A stretch of DNA of 64,000 nucleotides. Origin: Capsulimonadaceae bacterium. GTDB lineage: Bacteria > Armatimonadota > Armatimonadia > Armatimonadales > Capsulimonadaceae. A model generated the notes under the pieces. The model searched no databases. It was not told the origin of the DNA and worked only from the letters and a program-made list of their open reading frames with translations. How positions within the stretch are numbered: position 1 is the first letter of the stretch; every line of letters begins with the position of its first letter. Below are positions 38,270 to 48,250 of the stretch, piece after piece. The DNA lies in NCBI GenBank assembly GCA_965215505.1, contig OZ244065.1:5984001-6048000 (forward strand). The letters run 5' to 3'. The position numbers and the translations under genes were made by a program.

Positions 38270-39439
38270 ATGAGCAACTACCAGCCCCAGAAATCGGACA
38301 AATTCACGTTCGGCCTGTGGACCGTCGGCAACCCCGGCGTGGACCCCTTCGGTGGGGCCGTCCGCACCCCCGTCACGCCCGTCGAGCGCGTCCGCAGATT
38401 AGGCGAACTCGGTGCCTACGGCGTCAACCTCCATGACAACGACCTCGTCCCCTTCGGCGCGACCGCCGCCGAGCAGGACGCCATCGTCAAAGAATTCAAG
38501 CAGGCGCTTTCAGACAGCGGCGTCGTCTGCGCCATGGCGACCACGAACCTGTTCACCCACGCCGTCTTTAAGGACGGCGCGTTCACCTCAAATGACCCCC
38601 AGGTGCGCGCCCTCGCCCGGCAGAAGGTCATGCGCTCCATGGACCTCGGCGTCGAGCTTGGTGCCCCCATCTACGTCTTCTGGGGCGGGCGCGAGGGCGT
38701 CGAGATCGAGGCCTCCAAGGACCCCGTGACCGCCGCCAAGCGCTTCCGGGACGCCATCGACTTCTTCTGCGAGTATTCGCAGTCGCAGGGCTACAACCTC
38801 AAGTTCGCCCTGGAGGCCAAGCCGAACGAGCCGCGCGGCGACATCTACCTGCCGACGACCGGCGCGATGCTCGGCTTCATCGCGACTCTGGCCCACCCGG
38901 AGATGGTGGGCGTCAACCCCGAGTTCGCGCACGAGACGATGGCCGGCCTGTCCTTCTACCACGCCGTCGCCCAGGCGCTCGAAGCCGGCAAACTGTTCCA
39001 CATTGACTTGAACGGCCAGAAGCCGGGGCGCTACGACCAGGACTTCCGGTTCGGCCAGGAGGACTACAAGCAGAACTTCTTCCTGGTGAAGCTGCTGGAA
39101 GACTACGGCTATGAAGGCCCCAAGCACTTCGATGCTCACCCCCTGCGGACCTCGGACCCCGACGACGTGTGGGAATTCGCCAAGGGCTGCATGCGGACGT
39201 ACCTGATCTTCAAGGAGAAGGCCGCCCAGTTCAACGCCGACCCGGAGATCCAGGCCCTGGTGGCCGAAACCTACAAGCAGGATGCCGACCTGGACCCGAT
39301 CCTGGACGGCAAGTTCAGCCCCCAGAACGCCCAGGCCTTGAAGGGCATGACCTTCGACGCCGAAGCCCTGGCCGCTCGGCCGCTGCCCTACGAGAAGCTG
39401 GACCAGCTCGTCTTCGATCTGCTGCTCGGTGTCCGGTGA
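38270..39439 (+). CDS. xylA: Xylose isomerase
   Basis: [54 protein letters not shown]. Confidence 0.95.
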   Translation: MSNYQPQKSDKFTFGLWTVGNPGVDPFGGAVRTPVTPVERVRRLGELGAYGVNLHDNDLVPFGATAAEQDAIVKEFKQALSDSGVVCAMATTNLFTHAVFKDGAFTSNDPQVRALARQKVMRSMDLGVELGAPIYVFWGGREGVEIEASKDPVTAAKRFRDAIDFFCEYSQSQGYNLKFALEAKPNEPRGDIYLPTTGAMLGFIATLAHPEMVGVNPEFAHETMAGLSFYHAVAQALEAGKLFHIDLNGQKPGRYDQDFRFGQEDYKQNFFLVKLLEDYGYEGPKHFDAHPLRTSDPDDVWEFAKGCMRTYLIFKEKAAQFNADPEIQALVAETYKQDADLDPILDGKFSPQNAQALKGMTFDAEALAARPLPYEKLDQLVFDLLLGVR

Positions 39440-39471
39440 CTGCCCTGAGCCTCGCCCCTGCGTGTTTCGGC

Positions 39472-39495
39472 GTAGGGGCGGGGGGACCCCGCCCT
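39472..39495 (+). repeat. GTAG-type REP
   Basis: GTAGGGGCGGGGGGACCCCGCCCT after the xylA stop. Confidence 0.65.
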
Positions 39496-39565
39496 CTCGC
39501 TCTATCTTCTCCTGTCTGCCGCGTTCACGCTTTTTCGTGGCCTCATCGGGTACAATATCTCCATC

Positions 39566-40024
39566 TTGGCCCAACTTCGGCGGTTACAACTCATCGTCTG
39601 GTGTCTGGTCCTCCCGCTCCTCGGGACTGGGCTGCCCCGTGAATCCGTCTGGCAGTGCGCCCACGCCGCCCAATCCATCACGCTCCTGCCTGCCTCCCCC
39701 AACGCCATGCCCTGCCGTATGGCGCACCGGACGCCTATGGCCTGCTGCCGGACTGCCTCCTCCGAGACGCCGCAGCGGGCCTCCCTGCACGCGCCCCCCT
39801 GCAAGCCGACCGTCACGCCGGCTGCGCCTACGCCTGTCGCCCGCCTTACCGCCGCCTTTGCACTGCTGATCGCTGCCGATGTGGCCCCCGCTGACTTCCC
39901 GCAGGCCCGTCCGCTTTTGCTCCATTCCCCGGTGGTCACGGCCGCCCCGCGCGGCCCGCCGATCCCTCTTGCCTCCCTGACCCACGCCTCCGCCCACGGC
40001 CTCCGCGCGCCCCCACTTTCCTGA
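39566..40024 (+). CDS. Cys-rich exported leader protein (DUF2946/CruR-like) with C-terminal RGPP and RAPP motifs
   Basis: Hydrophobic N-terminus; WQCAH, MPCRM, MACCR, PPC; ends PRGPP...HGLRAPPLS. Start codon uncertain. Confidence 0.65.
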   Translation: MAQLRRLQLIVWCLVLPLLGTGLPRESVWQCAHAAQSITLLPASPNAMPCRMAHRTPMACCRTASSETPQRASLHAPPCKPTVTPAAPTPVARLTAAFALLIAADVAPADFPQARPLLLHSPVVTAAPRGPPIPLASLTHASAHGLRAPPLS

Positions 40025-40100
40025 TTCCGTCGTGTCCCGGCGACCGCCGCCGACCCGATGCTTCTCCACGTTACCACTCACCCTCACAGGAGACAGAATC

Positions 40101-41927
40101 TTGAAACACGCGATGCCGCGCGGCTGCCGGGCGTTTGCCCGCGCCGCCATTCCCCTTGCCTTTCTTTCGCTCGCCCCGGCCGCCCACTCCGACCCGAAGG
40201 CCGACCACCAGCGCGGTGCGGACGCCATGCCCGGCATGAGCATGACCGGAATGTCGTCCTCCGTTGACCTCAATGACCCCATGAGCCAGGAGGCGTCGGG
40301 CACGGCCTGGCTCCCCGCGTCCTCGCCGATGTACGGCAAGATGGTCATGGGCAAAAATGGCGACATGCTGATGCTCCACGGGGCTGCCATGGCCCGCTAC
40401 ACCGACACCGGTTCCAAGCGCGGCGACCGCCGCTTCGACGTGCCCAACTGGTTCATGGGCATGTACAGCCACCCCCTGGATGCCAGGTCGCAGCTCGGCC
40501 TGCGCGGCATGTTCAGCCTCGACCCGGTCACCGAGGGCGGCTACGGCTACCCGTTGCTGTTCCAGACCGGCGAGTCCTGGCACGGTCAGCCCCTCCACGA
40601 CCGGCAGCACCCGCATGACCTGGTGAGCGAGCTTGCGGCCACCTATTCGCACCTCCTTGGGGGCGGGCGGTCGGCCTACCTTTACGTCGGCTACCCCGGT
40701 GAACCCGCCCTGGGTCCCCCCACCTACATGCACCGGCTGCTGGCCTATGACCTGGCGGATGCGCCCGTCGGGCACCACTGGCAGGACGCGACCCACATCA
40801 CCTTCGGCGTCGCCACGGCGGGCCTGAACTTCGGCAGCAAGGTCAAGGTCGAGGCGAGCGACTTCACCGGCCGCGAGCCGGACGAGAACCGCTATTCCTT
40901 CGACAAGCCCCGCTTCGACAGCTACAGCGGGCGATTGTCGTATAACCCGGACGCTAACGATGCCCTGCAATTCTCCTACGGCTTCATCAAGAACGCCGAG
41001 GGGGACGGGGCCAATCAGCACCGCATCACCGCCTCCTGGCTGTATAACCGGCCCCTGGGCGAGGACGCGAACTTCACGACGGCATTGGTGTGGGGGCAGA
41101 ACAACCTGACGACCGAGGGCAAGACCAACTCCTATTTGGCCGAGGCCGACTACCAGCACGGCCGAGACACCCTTTTCACGCGCATCGAGAACATCCAGAA
41201 GTCTGGACACGAGCTGGTCCTGCCCGAAGACAGCCTGCAAGGGCGCAAGTTCACCCTGGGCGCGTACACGCTGGGCTATGTGCGTGACCTGACCCACGGG
41301 ACGGGCATTGACACCGGCCTCGGCTTCGCCGTGACGGCGAACACCAAGCCCTCCGCCCTGAACGCCGACTACGGTACGGGCACCCCGGTCTCGTTCCAGA
41401 TTTACCTCCGCCTGCGGCCCTCGCGCATGAAGATGGACGGCATGAAGATGGACGGCATGAAGATGGACGGCATGAAGATGGACGGCATGAAGATGGACGG
41501 CATGAAGATGGACGGCATGAAGATGGACGCTGCTCCCCCTGCGGCCAAGCCGGACGAGGCGCCCGGTGACGCAAAGGCGATGCCGGGAATGGACATGGCC
41601 GCGCCGATGCCTGGCACCGCGCCGACATCCGCGCCCATGAAGATCGCCGCGACTACGGCCGCCGCGCCCAGAGCGGGCGACAACCCGCTGACCATCAGCA
41701 TCACCGACGCGGACGGCAAGCCCGTCGCCGGGGCCTCCATCACAACAAGCGTGGCGATGACCAGCATGGACATGGGCACGACGCACCCGTCCGTCACGGA
41801 GAAGGGCGGCGGCCAGTACGCCGCGACCGTCAATTTCAGCATGGCCGGCCCCTGGCGCGTACAGGTGAAAGTCACCGCGCCGGGCCGGAAGCCCCAGACC
41901 AAAGCCTTCGATTTCAGCGCCAAATAG
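40101..41927 (+). CDS. Met/His-rich outer-membrane beta-barrel-like protein with (MKMDG)7 linker and a YtkA/FixH-like C-terminal domain
   Basis: AGGAG plus TTG start; signal peptide; ASGTAWLP, DRQHPHD, GHHWQDATHI; MTSMDMG...YAATVNFSMAGPW. Confidence 0.8.
   Translation: MKHAMPRGCRAFARAAIPLAFLSLAPAAHSDPKADHQRGADAMPGMSMTGMSSSVDLNDPMSQEASGTAWLPASSPMYGKMVMGKNGDMLMLHGAAMARYTDTGSKRGDRRFDVPNWFMGMYSHPLDARSQLGLRGMFSLDPVTEGGYGYPLLFQTGESWHGQPLHDRQHPHDLVSELAATYSHLLGGGRSAYLYVGYPGEPALGPPTYMHRLLAYDLADAPVGHHWQDATHITFGVATAGLNFGSKVKVEASDFTGREPDENRYSFDKPRFDSYSGRLSYNPDANDALQFSYGFIKNAEGDGANQHRITASWLYNRPLGEDANFTTALVWGQNNLTTEGKTNSYLAEADYQHGRDTLFTRIENIQKSGHELVLPEDSLQGRKFTLGAYTLGYVRDLTHGTGIDTGLGFAVTANTKPSALNADYGTGTPVSFQIYLRLRPSRMKMDGMKMDGMKMDGMKMDGMKMDGMKMDGMKMDAAPPAAKPDEAPGDAKAMPGMDMAAPMPGTAPTSAPMKIAATTAAAPRAGDNPLTISITDADGKPVAGASITTSVAMTSMDMGTTHPSVTEKGGGQYAATVNFSMAGPWRVQVKVTAPGRKPQTKAFDFSAK
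41427..41531 (+). repeat. 15-bp tandem repeat x7 encoding MKMDG
   Basis: ATGAAGATGGACGGC six times, plus one near-perfect copy. Confidence 0.97.
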
Positions 41928-41978
41928 AGACGACTGTGCGCACACACGACGACGCCACAGCGCCTCGGAAGGAACACC

Positions 41979-42254
41979 ATGAAGACACTCCTACTGACGA
42001 CCGCCGCCCTCGCGGCGCTGACGAGCGGGGCGACAGCCGCCCCCGCTCACGCCCCCAAGCCGGGCGCGGTCAAGGCCGCCCTGATCTGCCCCGTCTCGGG
42101 CGACAAGATCGCCTCCGCCGCCAAAGCCTACAACCACGAGACCTACAAGGGCAAGACCTACTACTTCTGCTGCCCGGACTGCAAGCCCGCCTTCGACAAG
42201 AACCCCGGCAGGATCATCGCCGCCGCCGCCAAGGGCAAATACCGGAAGATGTGA
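41979..42254 (+). CDS. Exported YHS-domain protein
   Basis: Signal peptide; CPVSG...YKGKTYYFCCPDCKPAFDKNP. Confidence 0.88.
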   Translation: MKTLLLTTAALAALTSGATAAPAHAPKPGAVKAALICPVSGDKIASAAKAYNHETYKGKTYYFCCPDCKPAFDKNPGRIIAAAAKGKYRKM

Positions 42255-42292
42255 CCGTTGGACATGATCTCTCACGCGAAAGGAAGAACCCG

Positions 42293-42541
42293 ATGAACAA
42301 GATGCTCGCACTCAGCGCACTCGCGCTGACCCTGCTCCCCTTGACCGCGAACGCCGCGCCGACACGCCACGCCAAGACGGCCAAGACGGCCGCGACCATG
42401 TACCAGTGCCAGTCCTGCCACATGAAGGTCACGGCGGCGGTCGCTAAGAAGGACGGCTACAAGGACCCGATGGACGGCGGGAAGCTGGTCCCCGTCACGG
42501 CGGCCCCGACCGGCAAGGCGACGGGCGGCACGAAAATGTAA
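42293..42541 (+). CDS. Small exported metal-binding-like protein with CQSCH motif
   Basis: AAGGAAG upstream; signal peptide; YQCQSCHM...KDPMDGGKLVP. Confidence 0.7.
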   Translation: MNKMLALSALALTLLPLTANAAPTRHAKTAKTAATMYQCQSCHMKVTAAVAKKDGYKDPMDGGKLVPVTAAPTGKATGGTKM

Positions 42542-42616
42542 GCCGCTCGGCAGCCCCGGTCATGGACCGGGGCTGCCACTCCTGCCCCCTGACAGCGACC
42601 ATGGGGAGACAGAGAC

Positions 42617-43756
42617 ATGGAAACGATGCCCCATCAACTGGCCTGGCTGTGGCGCAGCCTCTTCGAGTCGGCGGCGATGTTCTGGGAGGTCCTGTGGGCG
42701 CTCGTCCTCGGCTTCGCCGTCTCCGCCCTGCTGCAAGTGTTCGTCAGCAAGGAGCGCATGACGCAGGCTCTGGGCCGGGCGGGGCCGCGCGAGATGGCCC
42801 TGGCGACCGCCTTCGGCGCGGCCTCTTCCTCCTGCTCCTATGCCGCCGTCGCGGCGGCCCGGACCGCCTTCCAGAAGGGCGCGGCCCTCGCCCCGACCTT
42901 GGCCTTCATGTTCGCCTCCACGAACCTCGTCTTCGAGCTGGGGTTCGTCCTGTGGCTCCTGATGGGCTGGCAGTTCGTGCTGGCCGAGACGGTCGGCGCG
43001 TTCGTCCTGATCGCCGTCATGTGGCTGTTGGTCACGCTGACGCTGCCGCACGGACTGGAAGACGAGGCCCGCGCCCACGAGGAGGCGAAAGATGGCGACC
43101 ACGGAGGACACGACCACGGAGGGCATGACCACGGAGGGCATTACATGGGCGGCGGCAGGCTGAGAGCCGTGGCCGACGCCTTCGCGATGGACTGGGGCAT
43201 GCTGTGGAAGGAGATGCTCCTCGGCTTCATCATCGCCGGGTTTCTAGCCGTGCTGGTGTCCAACGGGATGTGGCGGGCTTTGTTCCTGACACACTCCGGC
43301 TCGCCCGCCCTGCGGCTGCTGGAAAACGCCGTCGTCGGGCCGCTGATCGCCGTGCTGTCTTTCGTCTGCTCCATCGGGAACGTCCCGCTGGCGAGCATCC
43401 TGTGGTCGGGCGGCATCTCCTTCGGCGGCGTGATCGCCTTCATCTACGCCGACCTGATCATCGTCCCGCTCATCATCGTCTACGGCAAGTATTACGGGCG
43501 CCGCGCCGCCGCCTACATCACCCTCGTTCTGTTCGCCTCCATGGTGATCGCAGGGCTGGTCGTGGACCTGCTGTTCGGCACGCTGCACCTGATCCCGACC
43601 GGCCCGCGCCCCGCCTCCGCGCTCTCGCAGGCGCACTTCGCCTGGAACTACACGACCTGGCTGGACCTCCTCGCCCTCGCCGCGGCGGCCTTCCTCGCCG
43701 CCGCCCACCTCCGCAGTATGAAAGCCATGACGCACGAACACCACCATCATCATTGA
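42617..43756 (+). CDS. Permease (ArsP_1/DUF318 family), His-rich
   Basis: GAASSSCSYAA, FMFASTNL, FVCSIGNVP; (DHGGH)3 loop; HEHHHHH C-terminus. Confidence 0.85.
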   Translation: METMPHQLAWLWRSLFESAAMFWEVLWALVLGFAVSALLQVFVSKERMTQALGRAGPREMALATAFGAASSSCSYAAVAAARTAFQKGAALAPTLAFMFASTNLVFELGFVLWLLMGWQFVLAETVGAFVLIAVMWLLVTLTLPHGLEDEARAHEEAKDGDHGGHDHGGHDHGGHYMGGGRLRAVADAFAMDWGMLWKEMLLGFIIAGFLAVLVSNGMWRALFLTHSGSPALRLLENAVVGPLIAVLSFVCSIGNVPLASILWSGGISFGGVIAFIYADLIIVPLIIVYGKYYGRRAAAYITLVLFASMVIAGLVVDLLFGTLHLIPTGPRPASALSQAHFAWNYTTWLDLLALAAAAFLAAAHLRSMKAMTHEHHHHH

Positions 43757-43831
43757 CTCAGGCCGTTAGAGAGCCTGGCCGCAAGGGTAAAACGTCGGCA
43801 GCGCGCCGCCGCGCGAGAAAGTTGGTGTCCC

Positions 43832-44359
43832 ATGATTCTGCGCCTCTCGCTGGAACTGCCGGAAGACCTGGCCTACATCAAGATCACGCGGATATTAGGC
43901 CGGGCGCTGCTGGAACACCTACAGGTTGACGCGACCGACATCAACGACATCGAGATCCTGGTCGGCGAGCTGTGTTCCAACGTCCTGCGCCACGCCCAGG
44001 GCCACGACGAGCTTTTCCATGTCGTGCTGGAATACTTCAGCGACCACGTCGGCATCATGGTCCAGGACCGGGGGCAGGGCTTCTCGTTCAAAGACGTGCC
44101 CCAGGCCGGGACGAGCCGGGCGGACTTCGGGGGCGGCGAGCGCATCGGCGGCTACGGCATGACCCTGATCCAGAAGCTCTCCGACCACCTGGAGTTCCGC
44201 CGGACCGACCCGCACGGCACCACCGTCTGTGCGGAGAAGAAGCTGCACTACCGCACGGACGCCGCCGCCGCCGCCGCCGACCGGCTGAACAAGTCCGAGG
44301 GGCATGCCGACGTGACGACTTCCTACGAGGAGGCCCCCACTCCCGGCCCCTGTGATTGA
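43832..44359 (+). CDS. RsbW-like anti-sigma factor / HATPase_c protein
   Basis: ELCSNVLRHA, DRGQGF, GGYGMTLI, GTTV. Confidence 0.82.
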   Translation: MILRLSLELPEDLAYIKITRILGRALLEHLQVDATDINDIEILVGELCSNVLRHAQGHDELFHVVLEYFSDHVGIMVQDRGQGFSFKDVPQAGTSRADFGGGERIGGYGMTLIQKLSDHLEFRRTDPHGTTVCAEKKLHYRTDAAAAAADRLNKSEGHADVTTSYEEAPTPGPCD

Positions 44360-44413
44360 CAGTCTCGGCCCCGAGTCGGGTATACTAACCGGAAAAGTTT
44401 GGGAGGGGCCGAT

Positions 44414-45580
44414 TTGGAACAGACCATCACGCTGGGGGGGAATAAGAAAGCGCGCCGCGCTTACGGCTTCGATGAAGTGGCTCTGGTGCCCTCCGCCCTG
44501 TCAGTTGACCCGCGCGACGTGGACACCGCCTGGACCCTGGGGCGGCACCGGTTTGCCATCCCCATCGTCGCGAGCGCGATGGATGCCGCAGTCAACCCCC
44601 GTGTGGCCGTCGAGATGACCCGTCTCGGCGGCTTCGCTGTCTTGAACGGCGAGGGACTCCAGACCCGCTACGAGGACGCCGAGGGCATCCTGCTGGAGAT
44701 CGCCGAGGCCGGGGCGGAGGGCATCATCGAGAGGATGCAGAAGCTCTACACCGCCCCCGTCCGCGAGGACCTGGTCGCGCGCCGCATCCAGGAGATCAAG
44801 GCGGGCGGCGGCTTCGCCGCCCTCGCCTCCATCCCGCCGACCGCCCCGCGCCTGGCCGCCGTCGCCGTCGAGGCGGGCGCGGACCTGTTCGTCGTCTCCA
44901 GCCAGGTCGCCACCGCCCGCCACTACTCCACCCACGCCGGCACCGTGGACCTCGCCCGGTTCTGCCGCGACTCGCCCGTCCCGGTCATGGTCGGCAACTG
45001 CGTCTCGTTCCAGGGGGCGACCGAGCTGATGGAGGCGGGAGCCGCCGCCCTCCTCGTCGGGGTCGGGCCGGGCGCGATCTGCACCACCCGCACCGTCCTG
45101 GGCGTCGGCGTCCCCCAGGTCACCGCCGTCGCCGACTGCGCCGCCGCCCGCGACGCCTACAACGAGCGCACGGGCCGCTACGTCCCCCTCCTTGCCGACG
45201 GCGGCATCAAGAACGGCGGCGACCTGGCGAAAGCCGTCGCCGCCGGTGCGGACGCCGTCATGCTCGGGTCGTCGGTCGCCGCCTCCTCCGAGGCCCCCGC
45301 CCCCGGCTACTCCTGGGGCATGGCGATGTCCAACGCCGACCTGCCGCGCGGGACGCGCATCAAGGTCAACGTCATGGGGACGCTGCGCGAGATCTTGCTC
45401 GGCCCCGCCCACCGCGATGACGGCACCATGAACCTCGTCGGCGCCCTGCGCCTCTCCATGGCCACCTGCGGCGCGAAGACCATCCAAGAGATGCAGCAGG
45501 CCGAGATGGTCGTCGCCCCCCAGATCCAGACCGAAGGCAAGTCCATGCAGCGCGCCCAGCACGTCGGCCAGGGACGGTAA
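44414..45580 (+). CDS. guaB: IMP dehydrogenase-family protein (short GuaB3-like form)
   Basis: [45 protein letters not shown]; upstream of guaA. Confidence 0.85.
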   Translation: MEQTITLGGNKKARRAYGFDEVALVPSALSVDPRDVDTAWTLGRHRFAIPIVASAMDAAVNPRVAVEMTRLGGFAVLNGEGLQTRYEDAEGILLEIAEAGAEGIIERMQKLYTAPVREDLVARRIQEIKAGGGFAALASIPPTAPRLAAVAVEAGADLFVVSSQVATARHYSTHAGTVDLARFCRDSPVPVMVGNCVSFQGATELMEAGAAALLVGVGPGAICTTRTVLGVGVPQVTAVADCAAARDAYNERTGRYVPLLADGGIKNGGDLAKAVAAGADAVMLGSSVAASSEAPAPGYSWGMAMSNADLPRGTRIKVNVMGTLREILLGPAHRDDGTMNLVGALRLSMATCGAKTIQEMQQAEMVVAPQIQTEGKSMQRAQHVGQGR

Positions 45581-45593
45581 AGGGCAATCCGGT

Positions 45594-46007
45594 ATGTCGA
45601 AGTATGAGCCTGCTCTGCTTCCCGAAGTAGAAGGTGTGGAAGTGTTGGCCCTCGGCAAACTCACAGGTAGCGATGGTGAGTCTCCTTTCTCGATAAAGGA
45701 TTGGGCCGAGTTTGCGGTGACTGCTTCTGTTCAGGCCGATGAACACCGGACTCAGCATATCGCAGGACTCTGGCGCGGATTGCCTCCAGCCGGACAGGCA
45801 AGATGCCATGTGCCGCCTTTTGCACTGAAGTTTTTCGCCGCAGGTGAGATGTTTCTGGAAGCATCCCTCTGTTGGCAATGCAACAACATCTGGATTCAGG
45901 AAGGGGAGACATTTTCCGTCTACGAGTTTGACGGCAGAGCAGAAGTCTCTCGGGAGCTGCTTGCTGTCTTCAAAACTGTCAGCAAGGTGGAGAAGACGAA
46001 ACAATGA
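45594..46007 (+). CDS. Hypothetical protein (lower GC)
   Basis: ARCHVPPFAL...SLCWQCNN Cys/His pattern. Confidence 0.65.
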   Translation: MSKYEPALLPEVEGVEVLALGKLTGSDGESPFSIKDWAEFAVTASVQADEHRTQHIAGLWRGLPPAGQARCHVPPFALKFFAAGEMFLEASLCWQCNNIWIQEGETFSVYEFDGRAEVSRELLAVFKTVSKVEKTKQ

Positions 46008-46240
46008 CTATCACATTGAGACCGGAAACGGAAGCCCGCCTGCGGGAAAGGGCGTTGCGCGACGAAGCAGATCCGAGCGAACTCGCTGACGCCCTCTTAT
46101 CGAATGTACTGGTGGACGATACCCGGCGCATGAGTAAGTCTGAGATAGAAGCCTCTTACCGAGCAATGGCTGCGGATGAAGAACGAGAAGCGGAAGCCAT
46201 GGAGTGGAGCGAAGGCACTCTGGGGCATGTTTTTAGATGA
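46004..46240 (+). CDS. Putative antitoxin
   Basis: 78 aa, acidic, SYRAMAADEEREAEAMEW; ATGA overlap with the MazF gene. Confidence 0.75.
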   Translation: MTITLRPETEARLRERALRDEADPSELADALLSNVLVDDTRRMSKSEIEASYRAMAADEEREAEAMEWSEGTLGHVFR

Positions 46241-46560
46241 AACGCGGTGAAGTCTGGTGGGTCGCCTTCGATCCGTCCGTCGGCGGTGAAATCCAGAAAA
46301 CGCGCCCTGCTGTCATCGTCAGTAACGACAGCGCGAACGCTTCATTGAATCGGCTACAAGTCGTTGCCGTATCAAGTCAGGTAAACCGAGTATACGCGGC
46401 GGAAGCCATCGTGACTTTGAACGGCCAGGTGCGGAAGGTCATGGCGGATCAACTCACGACCGTCAGCAAACTACGGGTCGGCGGCAAGGTAGGCGAACTC
46501 TCGGACGCTGATATGGCGAACGTAGATCGAATTATCAAGTTTCAGTTGGGGATGTCTTAA
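46237..46560 (+). CDS. mazF: MazF/PemK endoribonuclease toxin
   Basis: MKRGEVWWV.FDPSVGGEIQKTRPAVIVSND...DQLTTVSKLR. Confidence 0.93.
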   Translation: MKRGEVWWVAFDPSVGGEIQKTRPAVIVSNDSANASLNRLQVVAVSSQVNRVYAAEAIVTLNGQVRKVMADQLTTVSKLRVGGKVGELSDADMANVDRIIKFQLGMS

Positions 46561-46632
46561 GATGATGATAACAATCATGAGTGATGTTGCGAGAACAAAC
46601 TACTCTCTAATGCAGGTGGGGTGGGGGCAGCC

Positions 46633-48246
46633 ATGTCTCTGACCCCCCAGCACCAGGACCAGCCGGTCCTGACCAACTACGCTCCGCGCGGCGCTTCCGT
46701 CAGCGGGGACGGCATGACGCCGCCGGAGCTTGTCCTCGTCCTGGACTTCGGCGCGCAATACACCCAGCTCATCGCCCGGCGCATCCGGGAGTGCCACGTC
46801 TACTGCGAGATCCTGCCCTACGACACGCCCCTGGACGTCATCAAGGCGCGTAATGCGGTCGGCCTGATCCTGTCCGGCGGGCCGTCCTCCGTCTATGACG
46901 AGGGGGCACCGCAGATAGACCGCGCCGTTTATGACCTGGGCCTGCCGATTTTAGGCATCTGCTACGGGATGCAGGCGATGGCGCACGACCTGGGCGGTAA
47001 GGTGTCGGCGGCAACCCTCAAAGAGTTCGGCAAGACGCGGCTGGACGTGCTGGACCCCAAGGTCCTGTTTGAAGGCCTGAACCCAGAACTGGTCTGCTGG
47101 ATGAGCCACGGCGACACCGTCGAAGCGCCCCCGCCCGGCTTTACTGTCGCCGCCGCCACCGACAACTGCCCCTGCGCGGCCATGTACGACGCCGAGCGCC
47201 GCTTTTATGCCGTCCAGTTCCACCCCGAGGTCGTGCACACCCCTTGGGGCACCGAGGTCATCCGCGGCTTCGTCGAGAAGGTCTGCGGGACGCGGGGCCT
47301 GTGGCACATGGAGAGCTTCGTCGAGCAGCAGGTGCGGCTCATCCGCGCGCAGGTCGGGGCAAGCAAGGTCGTCTGCGGCCTGTCTGGGGGCATTGATAGC
47401 TGCACCGTCGCCGCGCTGATGCACAAGGCCGTCGGCGACCAGCTCGTCTGCATCTTCGTCAACCACGGCCTGCTCCGCAAGGGCGAGGCCGAGGACGTCC
47501 AGCGCCGGTTCGCCGCCGCCCTCAACATCAACCTGATCACCGTGGACGCCGAGGAGCGGTTCCTGCGCCGCCTGGCCGGAGTGATAGACCCCGAGCAGAA
47601 GCGCAAGATCATCGGCGAGGAGTTCGTGCGCGTCTTCGAGGAGGAGTCCAACAAGCTCAAAGACGCCGACTTCCTGGCCCAAGGCACCCTCTACCCGGAC
47701 GTCATCGAGTCGGGCACCGGCAAGGCCGCCAAGATCAAGACCCACCACAACGTCGGCCTGCCCGAAGACATGCAGTTCAAGCTGGTCGAGCCGCTGAGAT
47801 TTCTCTTCAAGGATGAAGTCCGCGCCGTCGCCGAGGAACTCGGCCTGCCCTCCGACCTCGTCTGGCGTCAGCCCTTCCCCGGTCCCGGCCTCGCCATCCG
47901 CATCCTGGGCGAAGTCACCAAGGACCACCTGGACCTTCTGCGCTCCGCCGACTGGATCATCATCGACGAGATCAAGCGCGCGGGCCTCTACCGCAAAGTC
48001 TGGCAGTCCTTCGCCGTCCTCATCCCCACCAAGAGCGTCGGCGTCATGGGCGACCAGCGCACCTACGCCTACCCCATCGTCATCCGCGCCGTCACTTCCG
48101 AGGACGCCATGACGGCGGACTGGGCGCGGCTCCCCTACGAAGTCCTCGACCGTATCTCCAGCCGCATCGTCAACGAGGTCCCCGGCGTCAACCGCGTCGT
48201 CCTGGACATCACCAGCAAGCCCCCGGCGACTATCGAATGGGAGTGA
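46633..48246 (+). CDS. guaA: GMP synthase (glutamine-hydrolysing)
   Basis: [51 protein letters not shown]. Confidence 0.97.
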   Translation: MSLTPQHQDQPVLTNYAPRGASVSGDGMTPPELVLVLDFGAQYTQLIARRIRECHVYCEILPYDTPLDVIKARNAVGLILSGGPSSVYDEGAPQIDRAVYDLGLPILGICYGMQAMAHDLGGKVSAATLKEFGKTRLDVLDPKVLFEGLNPELVCWMSHGDTVEAPPPGFTVAAATDNCPCAAMYDAERRFYAVQFHPEVVHTPWGTEVIRGFVEKVCGTRGLWHMESFVEQQVRLIRAQVGASKVVCGLSGGIDSCTVAALMHKAVGDQLVCIFVNHGLLRKGEAEDVQRRFAAALNINLITVDAEERFLRRLAGVIDPEQKRKIIGEEFVRVFEEESNKLKDADFLAQGTLYPDVIESGTGKAAKIKTHHNVGLPEDMQFKLVEPLRFLFKDEVRAVAEELGLPSDLVWRQPFPGPGLAIRILGEVTKDHLDLLRSADWIIIDEIKRAGLYRKVWQSFAVLIPTKSVGVMGDQRTYAYPIVIRAVTSEDAMTADWARLPYEVLDRISSRIVNEVPGVNRVVLDITSKPPATIEWE

Positions 48247-48250
48247 TACG

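Noticed and set aside
41427-41531. Tandem repeat as a CRISPR array or non-coding satellite
   Set aside because: No spacers; it is an in-frame coding repeat.
44356-44386. TTGACA...TATACT promoter for guaB
   Set aside because: The 19-bp spacer is longer than usual; plausible but not supported enough to list.
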